NCBI GenBank assembly: GCA_963810775.1
Contig: CAWEOT010000005.1
Coordinates: forward strand, 113,720 to 177,719
DNA length: 64,000 nucleotides
Source: an uncultured Gammaproteobacteria bacterium
Lineage (GTDB): Bacteria > Pseudomonadota > Gammaproteobacteria > Steroidobacterales > Steroidobacteraceae
Direction of reading: 5' to 3'
Below, one piece after another: positions 37,535-48,002 of the stretch; position 1 is the stretch's first letter; the number at the start of each line of letters is the position of its first letter. The notes under the pieces were generated by a model that saw nothing but the letters and a program-made list of their open reading frames with translations, searched no databases and was not told where the DNA came from. A program made the translations under genes and the position numbers.

Positions 37535-39268
37535 CTACTTGCGCTCGTTGGGCTGCGGCTCTCTTGGGATCTGCATGCGCCCGCCCCGATAGCCAGGGCC
37601 GCGCACAAAGCGTCCGGGTGTGGCACCCGTGTGCTCACCGTTGCGCAGTACCTGTACACCGTTGACGAAGACGTTCACTACGCCGGTCGAGTAGCGATGC
37701 GGCTGCGCGAACGTCGCGACGTCCTGGACCTTGGCGGGATCGAAGACCACGACATCCGCGAAACAACCCGCCTCCAGGCAGCCCCGACCCTCAAGTGCGA
37801 AGTTCTCCGCAGGCAGGCGCGTCATGCGGCGCACCGCCTCCTCGAGGGTCGCGACCTTCTCGTCGCGCGCGTAGTGACCCAGGAAGCGTGCAAACGCGCC
37901 GTAGGCGCGCGGGTGCGGGTTCTGAAGCAGGAACACGCCTTCCGGCGCCATTGACGCTTCGTCCGAACCGATGCTCACCCATGGCTGCTTCAGACCGAGA
38001 CGCACATTGTCTTCAGACATGAGGAAGTAAGCCGTCCCGACGCGTGTGTGATCCTCGACCACGAGATCCATCGCCGTCTCTTCGGGGGACTTGCCGCGCA
38101 TCCTCGCCACCTCGGCGAGTGACTTGCCGGTGAGCGGCTTGAGCGCCGGGTTCTTGAAGGCGATCAGCAGGATCTGGTCCGCCGAGCCGGCAGCGGCATA
38201 GAGATTTTCCCAACTCGACGAGCGGGTGCGCATTTCCTCCGCGACTCGGCGACGCACGTCGGGTTGCTTCAGGCGCTCGACCCAGGCGTCAAGTCCGCCT
38301 TCCTGCACCCACGGTGGCATCGCGGCGTCCAGCCCGGTCGCGCCCGCCGTGTACGGATACATGTCCGCGGTGAGCTTGATGCCCGAGCGGCGCGCGTCTT
38401 CGATGCGCTCGATAGCCTGCGCCATCTTGGGCCAGTTGGATTCCCCTGCGGCCTTGAGGTGAAAGATTTCTGCACGAATGCCCGCTTCGCGTGCGATGCG
38501 CGCCGTCTCGTCGATCGCCTCCAGGAAGCGATCGCCCTCGCTGCGCATGTGGGTGACATAGATCCCGTTGTAGCGGGCAGCGACCTTGCACAGCTCGATA
38601 ATCTCCTCCGTGGATGCGAAGCTCCCCGGCACATAAATGAGGGCACTGCCAACGCCGAGCGCACCCTCCTCCATCGCCTGCTGCACCAACGCTTTCATGC
38701 GTTCCAGCTCATCCGGCGTCGGCTTCTTGTCGTCGTAGCCGAGCTCGTGAATCCGCACCGTCGTCGCACCCACCAACGAGGCGACGTTGGTGGAGATACC
38801 GCGACGGGCGAGCCAGTCAAGGTATTCCCCGAGCGTTGTCCATTCGATTGGATACTTGATGTCGGCCTCCTGCTTGAGCGCCTCGGCCTTCATTGCCTCG
38901 TTGAACGGGCCCATCGAAAAGCCCTCGCCCATGATCTCGAGCGTCACTCCCTCGCGAATCTCGCCCTGCGAGTGACCATCAGCGATCAGTGACTCTTCCG
39001 AGTGCGACAGCACATTGATGAATCCGGGCGCGACCGCGCGACCGCGGACATCGATCACCAGCTTCGCCGTGAACTCTGCAAGATCACCGACACGTACGAT
39101 TCGATCACCACGCACGCCGACGTCCGCCACAACTCCGGGCTCGCCGCTACCGTCATAAACGGTGCCTCCCTTCAGGATCAGGTCGAATGTTTCGGCCTGC
39201 CGCTCGGCAGAGGACTGGCAGGCCGTGATCAGCAGACCCAAACATATGAGGGGCCATCGGTTGTTCAT
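37535..39268 (-). CDS. N-acyl-D-amino-acid deacylase (D-aminoacylase) family amidohydrolase, lipoprotein signal
   Basis: ORF trimmed to ATG 39268. Lipobox LLITAC. ILKGGTVYDGSGEP..DVGVRGDRIVRVGDL and GFINVLSHSE are typical of the family. Confidence 0.8.
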   Translation of the reverse strand: MNNRWPLICLGLLITACQSSAERQAETFDLILKGGTVYDGSGEPGVVADVGVRGDRIVRVGDLAEFTAKLVIDVRGRAVAPGFINVLSHSEESLIADGHSQGEIREGVTLEIMGEGFSMGPFNEAMKAEALKQEADIKYPIEWTTLGEYLDWLARRGISTNVASLVGATTVRIHELGYDDKKPTPDELERMKALVQQAMEEGALGVGSALIYVPGSFASTEEIIELCKVAARYNGIYVTHMRSEGDRFLEAIDETARIAREAGIRAEIFHLKAAGESNWPKMAQAIERIEDARRSGIKLTADMYPYTAGATGLDAAMPPWVQEGGLDAWVERLKQPDVRRRVAEEMRTRSSSWENLYAAAGSADQILLIAFKNPALKPLTGKSLAEVARMRGKSPEETAMDLVVEDHTRVGTAYFLMSEDNVRLGLKQPWVSIGSDEASMAPEGVFLLQNPHPRAYGAFARFLGHYARDEKVATLEEAVRRMTRLPAENFALEGRGCLEAGCFADVVVFDPAKVQDVATFAQPHRYSTGVVNVFVNGVQVLRNGEHTGATPGRFVRGPGYRGGRMQIPREPQPNERK

Positions 39269-39332
39269 TCCCTTTTCCTCGTAGAGCCTGGCGCGCAATC
39301 ATAGCGGCATCCGGTACAGTTCCAGACCGCTC

Positions 39333-40457
39333 ATGACACTGCCATCCCTCCTGACACACTTGAGACGTCCGCTCAGCCCCGCGCCGCTGCTGCTGATCGG
39401 TGCGTTCGCGATCCTTCTCACACTTGCCACTCGTGGCGGCTTACTCGGCCTGCCCCTTGGGTTCATCGTGTTGTCCTGGTTTCTGAAATACGCCTTCGTG
39501 ATTCTCGACACGGCAGCGCGCGGCCTTGACGAGCCTCCGGTCCTCTCGATCGAGATGGTCAATCCTCTCGATGAGCAAAGGCCACTCGGGCAGCTCCTGA
39601 TCATCGGCGTGTTCTATGCAGCGACCGCAGCGCTGCAGCCGTACGTAGGCGCGCAAATCGTGGTCGCATTGCGAGCGGTGGCCCTCGTGCTCCTTCCCGC
39701 CTGCATCGCAGTACTGGGCAGCAGCGGCAGTGTCGTGACGGCTGTGAATCCGCGCGTGCTGATCGGGACCATTCGCAGACTGGGTTGGGACTATGTCGTG
39801 ATCTGGCTGGCGCTTCTCGTGCTCGCGTTCGCGGCGCGCTTCGTGAGCACTCGTTTGAGCGACGCTTCCCTTGGCTTGCCGCTGGCGATCGCATGCCTGA
39901 TGTACGGGTGGCTCGCAGTGTTCAGCGTCATCGGCGGCGCGTTGTATGAGCGTCGGCACGAGCTCGGGATTGATGCGTGGCGTTCACCGGAGCGGGATCG
40001 GGCCCGGCACGAAGCGGACCTGAACAAGGACCACAACCGGTTCATCGACGAGCTTTACGGACACTGGCGAGGCGGAGCGTACAAGGAAGCATTGCAAGCA
40101 GCGCAGAATCGGCTGGCCGCCAGCGGTCATTCTCTGGACGAGTATGCATGGCTGTGCGAAGCGTTATTGCGCTGGCCCGATCGCCGGCTCGCCTCCCGCA
40201 TCGCGCAGGACTATGTCTCGCGCCTGCTGGCGGTGAAGCGCTACTCGAACGCTTTGACGGTTGCGCATCACCACATCGATGCCGATCCCGAGTTTCGGCC
40301 TGCGACATCCGCGGACTTGATCCGGCTGGCGAATCTCGCGCGTGATGGCGGCGACCGGAAGTTGGCGCGGGCATTGCTCGTCGACTTCGAGCGCCACTAT
40401 CCCGGTGATGACACCGCCTCGCTGGCAGCGGAACTGAGTCGCGAGCTGAGCCGATGA
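39333..40457 (+). CDS. Hypothetical integral membrane protein with a helical-repeat (TPR-like) C-terminal half
   Basis: 374 aa. About 6 predicted TM helices in the first 200 residues, then a soluble alpha-helical tail. I recognise no family. Confidence 0.5.
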   Translation: MTLPSLLTHLRRPLSPAPLLLIGAFAILLTLATRGGLLGLPLGFIVLSWFLKYAFVILDTAARGLDEPPVLSIEMVNPLDEQRPLGQLLIIGVFYAATAALQPYVGAQIVVALRAVALVLLPACIAVLGSSGSVVTAVNPRVLIGTIRRLGWDYVVIWLALLVLAFAARFVSTRLSDASLGLPLAIACLMYGWLAVFSVIGGALYERRHELGIDAWRSPERDRARHEADLNKDHNRFIDELYGHWRGGAYKEALQAAQNRLAASGHSLDEYAWLCEALLRWPDRRLASRIAQDYVSRLLAVKRYSNALTVAHHHIDADPEFRPATSADLIRLANLARDGGDRKLARALLVDFERHYPGDDTASLAAELSRELSR

Positions 40458-40473
40458 CCTGGCGGCAGCGTGC

Positions 40474-41406
40474 TCAAAGACGCCGCGGCACGCGCGGCAC
40501 GCCGAGCTCGCATTCGAGCTGCGCTCGATCCCAGTGACCCAGATCGGCCGCTGCGTCGTAAGTGCTCTGCAAAAAACCGAGCAGCGTCTGATCCGGCGAA
40601 GCCGCAGCACGCACGACCTCGTACGGCAACGTGAACATTCCGAGTTGCTCGTGATAGGAGACCTCGCGGGGCTGCACCAGCGCACTACGGAACCCCTCCG
40701 GCTCCGGATAGGCGTAGGAGTAGAAGGCCGCGTCGTCCACGCCATCACCCCCGGGCCAGAAGCCTGCACTGCTCACTTCGTGAGAATAGGCCTCCTGCAC
40801 GACCGCGTCCGGCAGTCCCGGTGTACTTCCGCCCCGAAACGGAGCGCGCCGCCCGGAGAAACGCGTTACCGCAAGATCGAAGCTTCCCCAGAAAAAGTGC
40901 ACCGGACTGACCTTGCCCAGAAAACCACTGCGAAACAGCGTGAATACGCGGTCGATCTGCACCAGCGCACGCCAGAAGCGCTGGGCGGCCTGCGCATCGT
41001 AGGCTCGATGCTCAGTATCCGTATCGAAGGGAATCGGGTTTGAAACCTCGTTGGGCGTGCGGACGATCTGAATCCTGAGTTCGAGCTGCTCCAGCAACGC
41101 GAACAGCTTCGCGTAGAAGTCCGCGATCGTCTGTTCGACGAGCGGCATGGATTTCATGCGGCCATCGTCCAGGCGAATGCTGAGCTGATGCTCGATGAAA
41201 TCGAAATCGATCTGGAAGGCGCGTTGCTGGTACGGAATGGGCCCGGTTGTCAGGCCACGTCCCGTGACGTAGAGCGTCACATGCCAGGAGTGGTTGATCC
41301 AGGGCGTTTGCGCGAGCCGGATCTTGCCGACGATCTGGCTGCGAAGCTGCAAGTTCGTGCAGGTGTCGCGCCACTCGCGATAGGGCAATGCGGGCCAGAT
41401 TTCCAT
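40474..41406 (-). CDS. DUF5996-family protein
   Basis: 310 aa. N-terminus WPALPYREWRDTCTNLQLRSQIVGKIRLAQTPWINHSWHVTLYVTGRGLTTGPIPY matches my memory of this family. ATGA overlap with the RND gene stop. Confidence 0.6.
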   Translation of the reverse strand: MEIWPALPYREWRDTCTNLQLRSQIVGKIRLAQTPWINHSWHVTLYVTGRGLTTGPIPYQQRAFQIDFDFIEHQLSIRLDDGRMKSMPLVEQTIADFYAKLFALLEQLELRIQIVRTPNEVSNPIPFDTDTEHRAYDAQAAQRFWRALVQIDRVFTLFRSGFLGKVSPVHFFWGSFDLAVTRFSGRRAPFRGGSTPGLPDAVVQEAYSHEVSSAGFWPGGDGVDDAAFYSYAYPEPEGFRSALVQPREVSYHEQLGMFTLPYEVVRAAASPDQTLLGFLQSTYDAAADLGHWDRAQLECELGVPRVPRRL

Positions 41407-44400
41407 CAGTTGCGCGTGCCCGGAATCGATTCCGGTTCGGCTGCAGGCTGCGCCAGCTTCATGCGCTCGATGATGCGAGTCCAGTACTTCGGCGAACGCG
41501 TGTTACGTGCCGTCACCGCATACACGGCGGGCACCACCACCAGCGTCAACACCATCGAGAGCAACACACCCCACATCACGACGATACCGATCGACTGGCG
41601 GCTTTCGGAGCCTGCGCCGTGCGCGAGCAGCAGTGGTATCGAACCAAAGGCACTGCACAGGCTGGTCATCAGCACCGGTCGCAGGCGAGTGAGCGAGGCC
41701 TGCTTGACTGCCGCCACGAATTCCACGCCCCGGTCGCGCAGCTGGTTGGCGAACTCAACGATGAGCACGCCATTTTTTGCAGCCAGTCCCACCAGCATCA
41801 CAATTGCGATCTGGCTGAAGATGTTGATCGACATGCCGTAAAACCAGAGCCCGACGATCGCACCGACGATCGCCAGGGGTACCGTCGTCATGATTACGAA
41901 AGGCAGCATGAAGCTTTCGAACTGCGCCGCGAGCACCAGGAATACGATCAGCAACGCGCCGAGGAAGGTCCAATACAGCGCCTGGCTCGACTTGAGGTAT
42001 TCGCGCGACTCACCGTCAAAGTTCAGCTTCGCGCTGGCCGGCAACTCTTCCCTGACGGCATCGCGAAAGAACTTGATCGCTTCGCCCATCGAATAGTCCG
42101 GCGCAAGCGCTGCGCTCACGGTGATGGCGCGCAAGCGGTCAAAACGATTGAGCTGCGTCGCGGCAGCCGATTCGTCGAGCCTCACCATGCTGCTGAGGGG
42201 AATCAGTTCACCAGTGCGGTCAGATCGCACATAAAGGTTGTCGAGATCGTTCGGTGAAGCCCGGTCCTGGCTGCGCCCCTGCAGGATGACGTAGTACTCG
42301 CGGCCCTGCTTGACGAAGCTCGTTACGATGCGCGAGCCAAGCATGGTCTCGAGCGTATGACCGATGGTCTCGAGCGAGACCCCGAGATCGGCGGCCCGAT
42401 TGCGATCCACCGACACTTTCATCTGCGGCTTGCGCTCCTTGTAGTCGGTGTCGAGATTTGTCAACCCGGGATTCTGCTCTGCGCGATTCAGGATCTTTTC
42501 ACTCCACTGCCGCAGTTGCTCGTAGTCGGGCCCCTGCAGAACGGCCTGCACGGGCGCGGTTGCTCCCCAGTTGAATGCGGTCGGCGTAAACACCGCGACA
42601 CGAACGCCTGGCATCATGGAGGCCTTGCGCTGCATGATCGCCGCGATCTCGCTGGCCGAGCGGCTGCGTCTGCCCCAATCCTCGAGCACGATGAAGCCCA
42701 CCGCGCGATTGACTTCGCCGTTGCCGGCGAAACCGCCCGGAGCGATGCGCGTGTTGAAGCGCTTGATATCTCCATGCGCGGCCTCAGCGCGCATGATGTC
42801 CTCGAGCTGGCGCGCGTAGCGCTCCATGTACTCCATGGTGGCGCCTTCAGGGCCGGTGAGCAGGATGCGAATCACGCCGCGGTCCTCGTTCGGCGTGGTT
42901 TCCTGCGGAAGCCGCAGGAACAAGAAGATGGTCGCTGCGAACAGGATGGCGGCGCCGCCAATGACCGCCCAGGGACGGGCAATCGCACGCTCAAGTACAC
43001 GACTATAGGCATTGCTCAGCGTGGTAAACGCGGAATCCACGAGTTGGCTGGTGCGACTGCGCGTCGCTCCGCGGGCGAAGAGCTGCGAGGCCATCATTGG
43101 CGTGAGCGTGAGCGCTATGAGGCAGGAGAACAGAATAGAAGCGGCAAGCGTAAAGCCGAACTCGCTGAACAGTCTCCCGACACGTCCCGTCTGAAAGGAA
43201 ATCGGCACGAACACCGCCGACAGCACCAGAGTGGTCGCAATCACGGCAAAACCGATCTCGCGGCTGCCATCGATCGCCGCCAGCAGGCTTTGCTCGCCAT
43301 GCTCGATGCGCCGGTAGATGTTCTCGAGCACTACGATCGCATCGTCGACCACCAGGCCGATGGCAAGCACCATGCCGAGCAGCGTGAGCGTGTTGATCGT
43401 GAACCCCAACGCGTACATTGCCGCGCAGGCTGCGATGATGGAAATCGGGATCGTGATGGCCGGGATCAGGGTGGCGCGCCAGTTACCGAGGAATGCGTAG
43501 ATCACGATCAGCACCAGGATCATTGAAATGCCCAGCGCGATCATCACTTCGCGCATCGACGCCTCGATGAACACGGCGCGATCGACGTGCACCGCGAGCT
43601 CGGTTCCCTTCGGCATGTCGTGACTGAGAACCTGGACCTCGCTGCGAACCGCACGCGCAACTTCGAGCGTATTGGCTTTCGACTGGGCGACCATGCCGAT
43701 GTTGATGCCGGGAATACCGTTGGTGCGGGCAGCGCTGCGCTCGTTCTCCGCCGCCAGCTCGACATTGGCGACTTCGCCGAGCCTGACGAGATAGCCGTCG
43801 GCGCCGCGGCCAAGAACCAAGCCGCGAAAATCGTCCTGCGAATCGAGCCCGGTCGCCGTATTGAGCGTGAATTCGCGTTGCTGCGATTCGAGCCGCCCGG
43901 CGGGAACCTGGACGTTCTCGCGCCGCAGCGCGCTTTCGATGTCGCCGACCGTCATGCCGCGGGCCGCCAGCGCCTGCCGATCGACCCAGACGCGCATCGC
44001 GTAACGGCGCGAGCCGGTGAGATTCACGCGCGCGACGCCCGGTAGAGCGGCGAAGCGATCGACGATGTTGCGCTCCGCAAAGTCGGTGAGATCGAGCACG
44101 TTCATCGTGCTGCTGGAGAGATTCAGGTAGATGATGGGGTCGTCGTTGGAATCCGCCTTGGCGATCTCCGGCGGGTCGGCCTCGACCGGGAGATCGTCGA
44201 TCACGCGCCCCACGCGATCGCGGATGTCGTTCGCCGCTTCGTCGACGTTGCGTTCCAGGTCGAACTCCACCGTGATCCGTGAGCGTTCATCGGCGCTCGA
44301 GGAGCGCAACTTGTCGATCAGCTCGACACCGGCGATGCGATCCTCGATCGGCTGCGTGATCTTGGTTTCGACGATCTGTGCGGAGGCACCGCGGTAGCTG

Positions 44401-44552
44401 GTATCGATGGAGACGATCGGCGGATTGATGTCCGGAAACTCGCGCACCGTCTGCCACAGGCGGCTGAGGCATACCAGGCCGACGACCACCAGCAGCAGGC
44501 TGATGACGATCGCGAACACCGGGCGGTGAACGGAGAACTCGGAAATCTTCAT
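41406..44552 (-). CDS. RND efflux transporter permease (AcrB/HAE1-type)
   Basis: ORF trimmed to ATG 44552 (MKISEFSVHRPVFAIVISLLLVVVG). 12-TM RND architecture about 1048 aa long, with two large periplasmic loops. Confidence 0.9.
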   Translation of the reverse strand: MKISEFSVHRPVFAIVISLLLVVVGLVCLSRLWQTVREFPDINPPIVSIDTSYRGASAQIVETKITQPIEDRIAGVELIDKLRSSSADERSRITVEFDLERNVDEAANDIRDRVGRVIDDLPVEADPPEIAKADSNDDPIIYLNLSSSTMNVLDLTDFAERNIVDRFAALPGVARVNLTGSRRYAMRVWVDRQALAARGMTVGDIESALRRENVQVPAGRLESQQREFTLNTATGLDSQDDFRGLVLGRGADGYLVRLGEVANVELAAENERSAARTNGIPGINIGMVAQSKANTLEVARAVRSEVQVLSHDMPKGTELAVHVDRAVFIEASMREVMIALGISMILVLIVIYAFLGNWRATLIPAITIPISIIAACAAMYALGFTINTLTLLGMVLAIGLVVDDAIVVLENIYRRIEHGEQSLLAAIDGSREIGFAVIATTLVLSAVFVPISFQTGRVGRLFSEFGFTLAASILFSCLIALTLTPMMASQLFARGATRSRTSQLVDSAFTTLSNAYSRVLERAIARPWAVIGGAAILFAATIFLFLRLPQETTPNEDRGVIRILLTGPEGATMEYMERYARQLEDIMRAEAAHGDIKRFNTRIAPGGFAGNGEVNRAVGFIVLEDWGRRSRSASEIAAIMQRKASMMPGVRVAVFTPTAFNWGATAPVQAVLQGPDYEQLRQWSEKILNRAEQNPGLTNLDTDYKERKPQMKVSVDRNRAADLGVSLETIGHTLETMLGSRIVTSFVKQGREYYVILQGRSQDRASPNDLDNLYVRSDRTGELIPLSSMVRLDESAAATQLNRFDRLRAITVSAALAPDYSMGEAIKFFRDAVREELPASAKLNFDGESREYLKSSQALYWTFLGALLIVFLVLAAQFESFMLPFVIMTTVPLAIVGAIVGLWFYGMSINIFSQIAIVMLVGLAAKNGVLIVEFANQLRDRGVEFVAAVKQASLTRLRPVLMTSLCSAFGSIPLLLAHGAGSESRQSIGIVVMWGVLLSMVLTLVVVPAVYAVTARNTRSPKYWTRIIERMKLAQPAAEPESIPGTRN

Positions 44553-44727
44553 CGGGGACCCTGGCCGCAGCGACTCGATAGACCCAACGGACGTCCGCAA
44601 AGTTTCGGTTGCTTTGGCCTTTTGCGCCAGTGGCTCCTACAATACATGGCCTCACAGAGCCTGCGCCGATCGGCACGATCCGCCGGCCCCGTCAACGAAG
44701 TCAAAACAAGAGCGTCAGGGAGAATGT

Positions 44728-45924
44728 ATGCGTGCGGTCAACTTGTCGTCCCTGTGGATGCGTTGCGCAGCCTTGTGCCTGCCGGCGCTGTTGGTAATGG
44801 CCTGCCAGAAGAAACCCGAAGCGCCGCCGCCAGCGGCAGAGCCGGCAAAGAAAGAGCTCGGCGCGTCCGAAGGCCAGCTCGATATCGTCGCGTGGCCCGG
44901 TTATATCGAGAAGGGCGAAACTGACAAGGCCTACGACTGGCAGACGGGTTTCGAGCAGTCCAGCGGCTGCAAGGTCAACGTGAAAACGGCAGGCACCTCA
45001 GATGAAATGGTGTCGCTGATGACGCAGGGCGGCTACGACCTCGTGACTGCGTCGGGCGACGCCTCGTTGCGCCTGATCCGCGGCAACACGGTGCAACCCG
45101 TCGACATCAGCCTGATTCCGAGCTACGGCACGGTCGACAAGCGCCTGCAGGAAGCACCCTGGCACTTTGTCGACGGCAAGCACTACGGCACTCCTTACCA
45201 ATGGGGACCGAATGTCCTCATGTACAACACCAAGGTGTTCAAGGCCGCGCCCACCTCGTGGTCCGTGGTGCTCGAGCCGCAGAAACTTCCGGACGGCAAA
45301 GCTAACAAGGGTCGCGTCCAGGCCTACGACGGGCCCATCTATATCGCCGACGCCGCGGTCTACCTGATGGCAAAACAACCGGATCTCGGCATCAAGAACC
45401 CCTACGAGCTCACGGATGCCCAGTACAACGCCGCGCTCGAGCTCCTCCGTAAGCAGCATCCGCTGGTGCAACGTTACTGGCACGATGCGAACGTGCAGGT
45501 ACAGGACTTCACTGCAGAAGGCATCGTCGCCTCGAGCTCCTGGCCTTTCCAGGTGAATACGCTCAAGGCCAACAAGCAGCCGATCGACAGCGTGGTTCCT
45601 GCCGAGGGCGCCACCGGATGGGCCGACACGACGATGATGCACGCCAAGGCAGCGCATCCGAATTGCGCCTACAAGTGGATGGAGTGGTCGCTGAGCCCGA
45701 AAGTGCAGGGCGATGTCGCGGCGTGGTTCGGCTCGGTGCCCGCCGTGCCGGCGGCGTGCGAGAACAACGAGCTGCTCGGAGCCGAGGGCTGCAAGACCAA
45801 CGGCTTCGATAATTTCGACAAGATCTGGTTCTGGCGCACGCCCGAAGCGACCTGTGAGCAGGGTAGCTGTGTTCCGTACAGTCGATGGTCGACCGACTAC
45901 GTCGCATTGATGGGCGGACGCTGA
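44728..45924 (+). CDS. ydcS: Polyamine-type ABC transporter substrate-binding lipoprotein (YdcS-like)
   Basis: ORF trimmed to ATG 44728 (GGGAGA upstream). Lipobox LLVMAC. PotD/PotF-family body. The symbol is assigned from synteny with patD (same order as E. coli ydcSTUV-patD). Confidence 0.65.
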   Translation: MRAVNLSSLWMRCAALCLPALLVMACQKKPEAPPPAAEPAKKELGASEGQLDIVAWPGYIEKGETDKAYDWQTGFEQSSGCKVNVKTAGTSDEMVSLMTQGGYDLVTASGDASLRLIRGNTVQPVDISLIPSYGTVDKRLQEAPWHFVDGKHYGTPYQWGPNVLMYNTKVFKAAPTSWSVVLEPQKLPDGKANKGRVQAYDGPIYIADAAVYLMAKQPDLGIKNPYELTDAQYNAALELLRKQHPLVQRYWHDANVQVQDFTAEGIVASSSWPFQVNTLKANKQPIDSVVPAEGATGWADTTMMHAKAAHPNCAYKWMEWSLSPKVQGDVAAWFGSVPAVPAACENNELLGAEGCKTNGFDNFDKIWFWRTPEATCEQGSCVPYSRWSTDYVALMGGR

Positions 45925-45937
45925 CGCACAACTCATT

Positions 45938-45971
45938 GATCCCCTCTCCCGGCCGTCCCGGGAGAGGGATC
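45938..45971 (+). promoter_or_regulatory. Hairpin between the binding-protein gene and the ATPase gene of the ydcS-like operon
   Basis: GATCCCCTCTCCCGG CCGT CCCGGGAGAGGGATC, with arms of about 14 bp and one bulge. Confidence 0.55.
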
Positions 45972-45989
45972 GGATAGACGGTTGTCTTC

Positions 45990-47012
45990 ATGGCGGCGGC
46001 GATCGAATTTCAACAAGTCTCGCGCCGCTTCGGCAGTGTGAAGGCGGTCGACGAGGTGAGCCTTGCGATCGCGCCGGGCGAGTTCTTTGCCCTTCTCGGA
46101 CCATCAGGCTCCGGAAAAACCACTTGCCTGAGGCTGATCGCGGGATTCGAGCAGCCCTCCTCCGGGCACGTGCTCCTCGACGGCGCGGACGTCACCGGCG
46201 TCCCTCCTTACGAGCGCAACGTCAACACGGTGTTCCAGGACTACGCTCTGTTTCCGCACATGAGCGTGGTGGACAACGTCGCCTACGGCTTGCGTGTGCG
46301 AGGCGTCGCGGGAGATGAGCGGCGCAAGCGTGCCGAGGAGATGCTGGCGCTGGTGCAGCTCGAAGGCCTGGGCGAGCGTTCACCATTGCAGCTGTCGGGC
46401 GGCCAGAAGCAGCGCGTCGCATTAGCGCGCGCGCTCATCAATCGCCCCGCTGTACTGCTGCTCGATGAACCGCTGGGTGCGCTGGACCTCAAGCTGCGTG
46501 AGGCGATGCAGATCGAGCTCAAGAACCTGCAACGCAAGCTCAAGATCACCTTCGTGTATGTGACGCACGACCAGGGTGAAGCGCTCAGCATGGCGGACCG
46601 GGTCGCCGTGTTCGATCGGGGTCGCATCGAGCAGCTCGATACGCCACGCGGTCTGTACATGCGGCCGCGCACGGCTTTCGTCGCGCGTTTCGTCGGTGGC
46701 GCGAACGTCGTTGAAGGTGACCTCGCGCATCGCCTGAGCGGCACGGCGCGTGGCTTTGCAATTCGCGCCGAATCAATGGCCCTCGACGGGACGGGGAATA
46801 CCGCGAGGGACGGGGTCGTGAGTTGCGCTGCGACCGTGATCGATGTCCAGTATCACGGCGCGAGCAGTCGCTGGCAGGTGCGCACCGACGACGGGTCGAT
46901 CCTCGCCGTGGTCAGACCAGAGTCCGGTTCCAGCCCGGTCAATTACACGATTGGCAGCAAGGTCCTCGTGTCCTGGCCCGCCAGTCAGATGGTGGCGCTG
47001 GAAGACACGTGA
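45990..47012 (+). CDS. ydcT: ABC transporter ATP-binding protein (YdcT/PotA-like)
   Basis: 340 aa. GPSGSGKTT, LSGGQKQR, LLLDEPL. Confidence 0.75.
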   Translation: MAAAIEFQQVSRRFGSVKAVDEVSLAIAPGEFFALLGPSGSGKTTCLRLIAGFEQPSSGHVLLDGADVTGVPPYERNVNTVFQDYALFPHMSVVDNVAYGLRVRGVAGDERRKRAEEMLALVQLEGLGERSPLQLSGGQKQRVALARALINRPAVLLLDEPLGALDLKLREAMQIELKNLQRKLKITFVYVTHDQGEALSMADRVAVFDRGRIEQLDTPRGLYMRPRTAFVARFVGGANVVEGDLAHRLSGTARGFAIRAESMALDGTGNTARDGVVSCAATVIDVQYHGASSRWQVRTDDGSILAVVRPESGSSPVNYTIGSKVLVSWPASQMVALEDT

Positions 47013-47051
47013 TCGGGAACTCGTAAGGCATCCTGTGATGGCAGTGCGGGC

Positions 47052-48002
47052 ATGACGAGCGCGGCAATCGCGGCCGGTACGACTCGCAGTTCGTTGAGGC
47101 GCGAAGTCGCTTCGTTTTTTTATCGCCGCAACACCTTCTATCTCCTGCTCCTGCTGCTGCCGCCACTGCTGTGGCTGGGCACTGTCTACCTCGGCTCACT
47201 GTTCTCACTGCTGCTGCAGAGCTTCTACGCAATCGATGAATTCACGGCCACCGTGGTGCCGAAGGTCACGCTCGCGACATATCGGCAGCTATTTTCGCAT
47301 CCGGCCAATGTCGACATCATCCTGAGAACGCTGGGCATGGCCGTAGCCGTTACGATCGCGAGTGCGGTGATTGCGTTTCCACTCGCGAACTATATGGCTC
47401 GTTACGCGAGCCCGCGCATGAAGGCCTTTCTATATGTCGGCGTCATGTTACCGATGTGGACCAGCTATCTCGTCAAGGTGTACGCGTGGCGCCTGATTCT
47501 CGCCAAGCAGGGAATACTGAGCTGGATTCTCACCACGGTCGGCCTCGATCCGCTGCTCGAGGCTGCGCTCGCAACGCCTGTGATCGGCGGTCCATCGCTC
47601 GCCTCCTCGTACCTCGGCATGTTCATCGTGTTCGTCTATATGTGGCTGCCGTTCATGATCCTGCCGCTCGCGGCATCCCTCGAGCGCGTTCCGCAGTCGA
47701 TGATCCAGGCATCCGCCGATCTCGGCGCGCGGCCGGGACAGACGTTCCGCACTGTGATCGTGCCCCTGGCGCTGCCGGGTCTGGCCGCAGGCTCGATCTT
47801 CACGTTCTCACTCACGCTCGGCGACTACATCATTCCGAGCGTCGTCGGCGCGCCCGGCTACTTCATCGGCATGATGGTGTACCAACAGCAGGGGACCGCC
47901 GGGAACATTCCGCTGGCCGCGGCGTTCTCCGTGGTACCGATCATCCTCATCGCGATTTACCTGACCCTCGCGCGCCGTCTCGGGGCCTTCGATGCGCTCT
48001 AG
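47052..48002 (+). CDS. ydcU: ABC transporter permease (YdcU/PotB-like)
   Basis: 316 aa with EAA loop [21 protein letters not shown]. Confidence 0.7.
   Translation: MTSAAIAAGTTRSSLRREVASFFYRRNTFYLLLLLLPPLLWLGTVYLGSLFSLLLQSFYAIDEFTATVVPKVTLATYRQLFSHPANVDIILRTLGMAVAVTIASAVIAFPLANYMARYASPRMKAFLYVGVMLPMWTSYLVKVYAWRLILAKQGILSWILTTVGLDPLLEAALATPVIGGPSLASSYLGMFIVFVYMWLPFMILPLAASLERVPQSMIQASADLGARPGQTFRTVIVPLALPGLAAGSIFTFSLTLGDYIIPSVVGAPGYFIGMMVYQQQGTAGNIPLAAAFSVVPIILIAIYLTLARRLGAFDAL

Noticed and set aside
37392-37592. Small ORFs (66 aa on the + strand, 94 aa on the - strand) inside the 37380..37532 inverted-repeat element
   Set aside because: They have no ribosome-binding sites and their composition is implausible. 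The region is better explained by its extensive self-complementarity.
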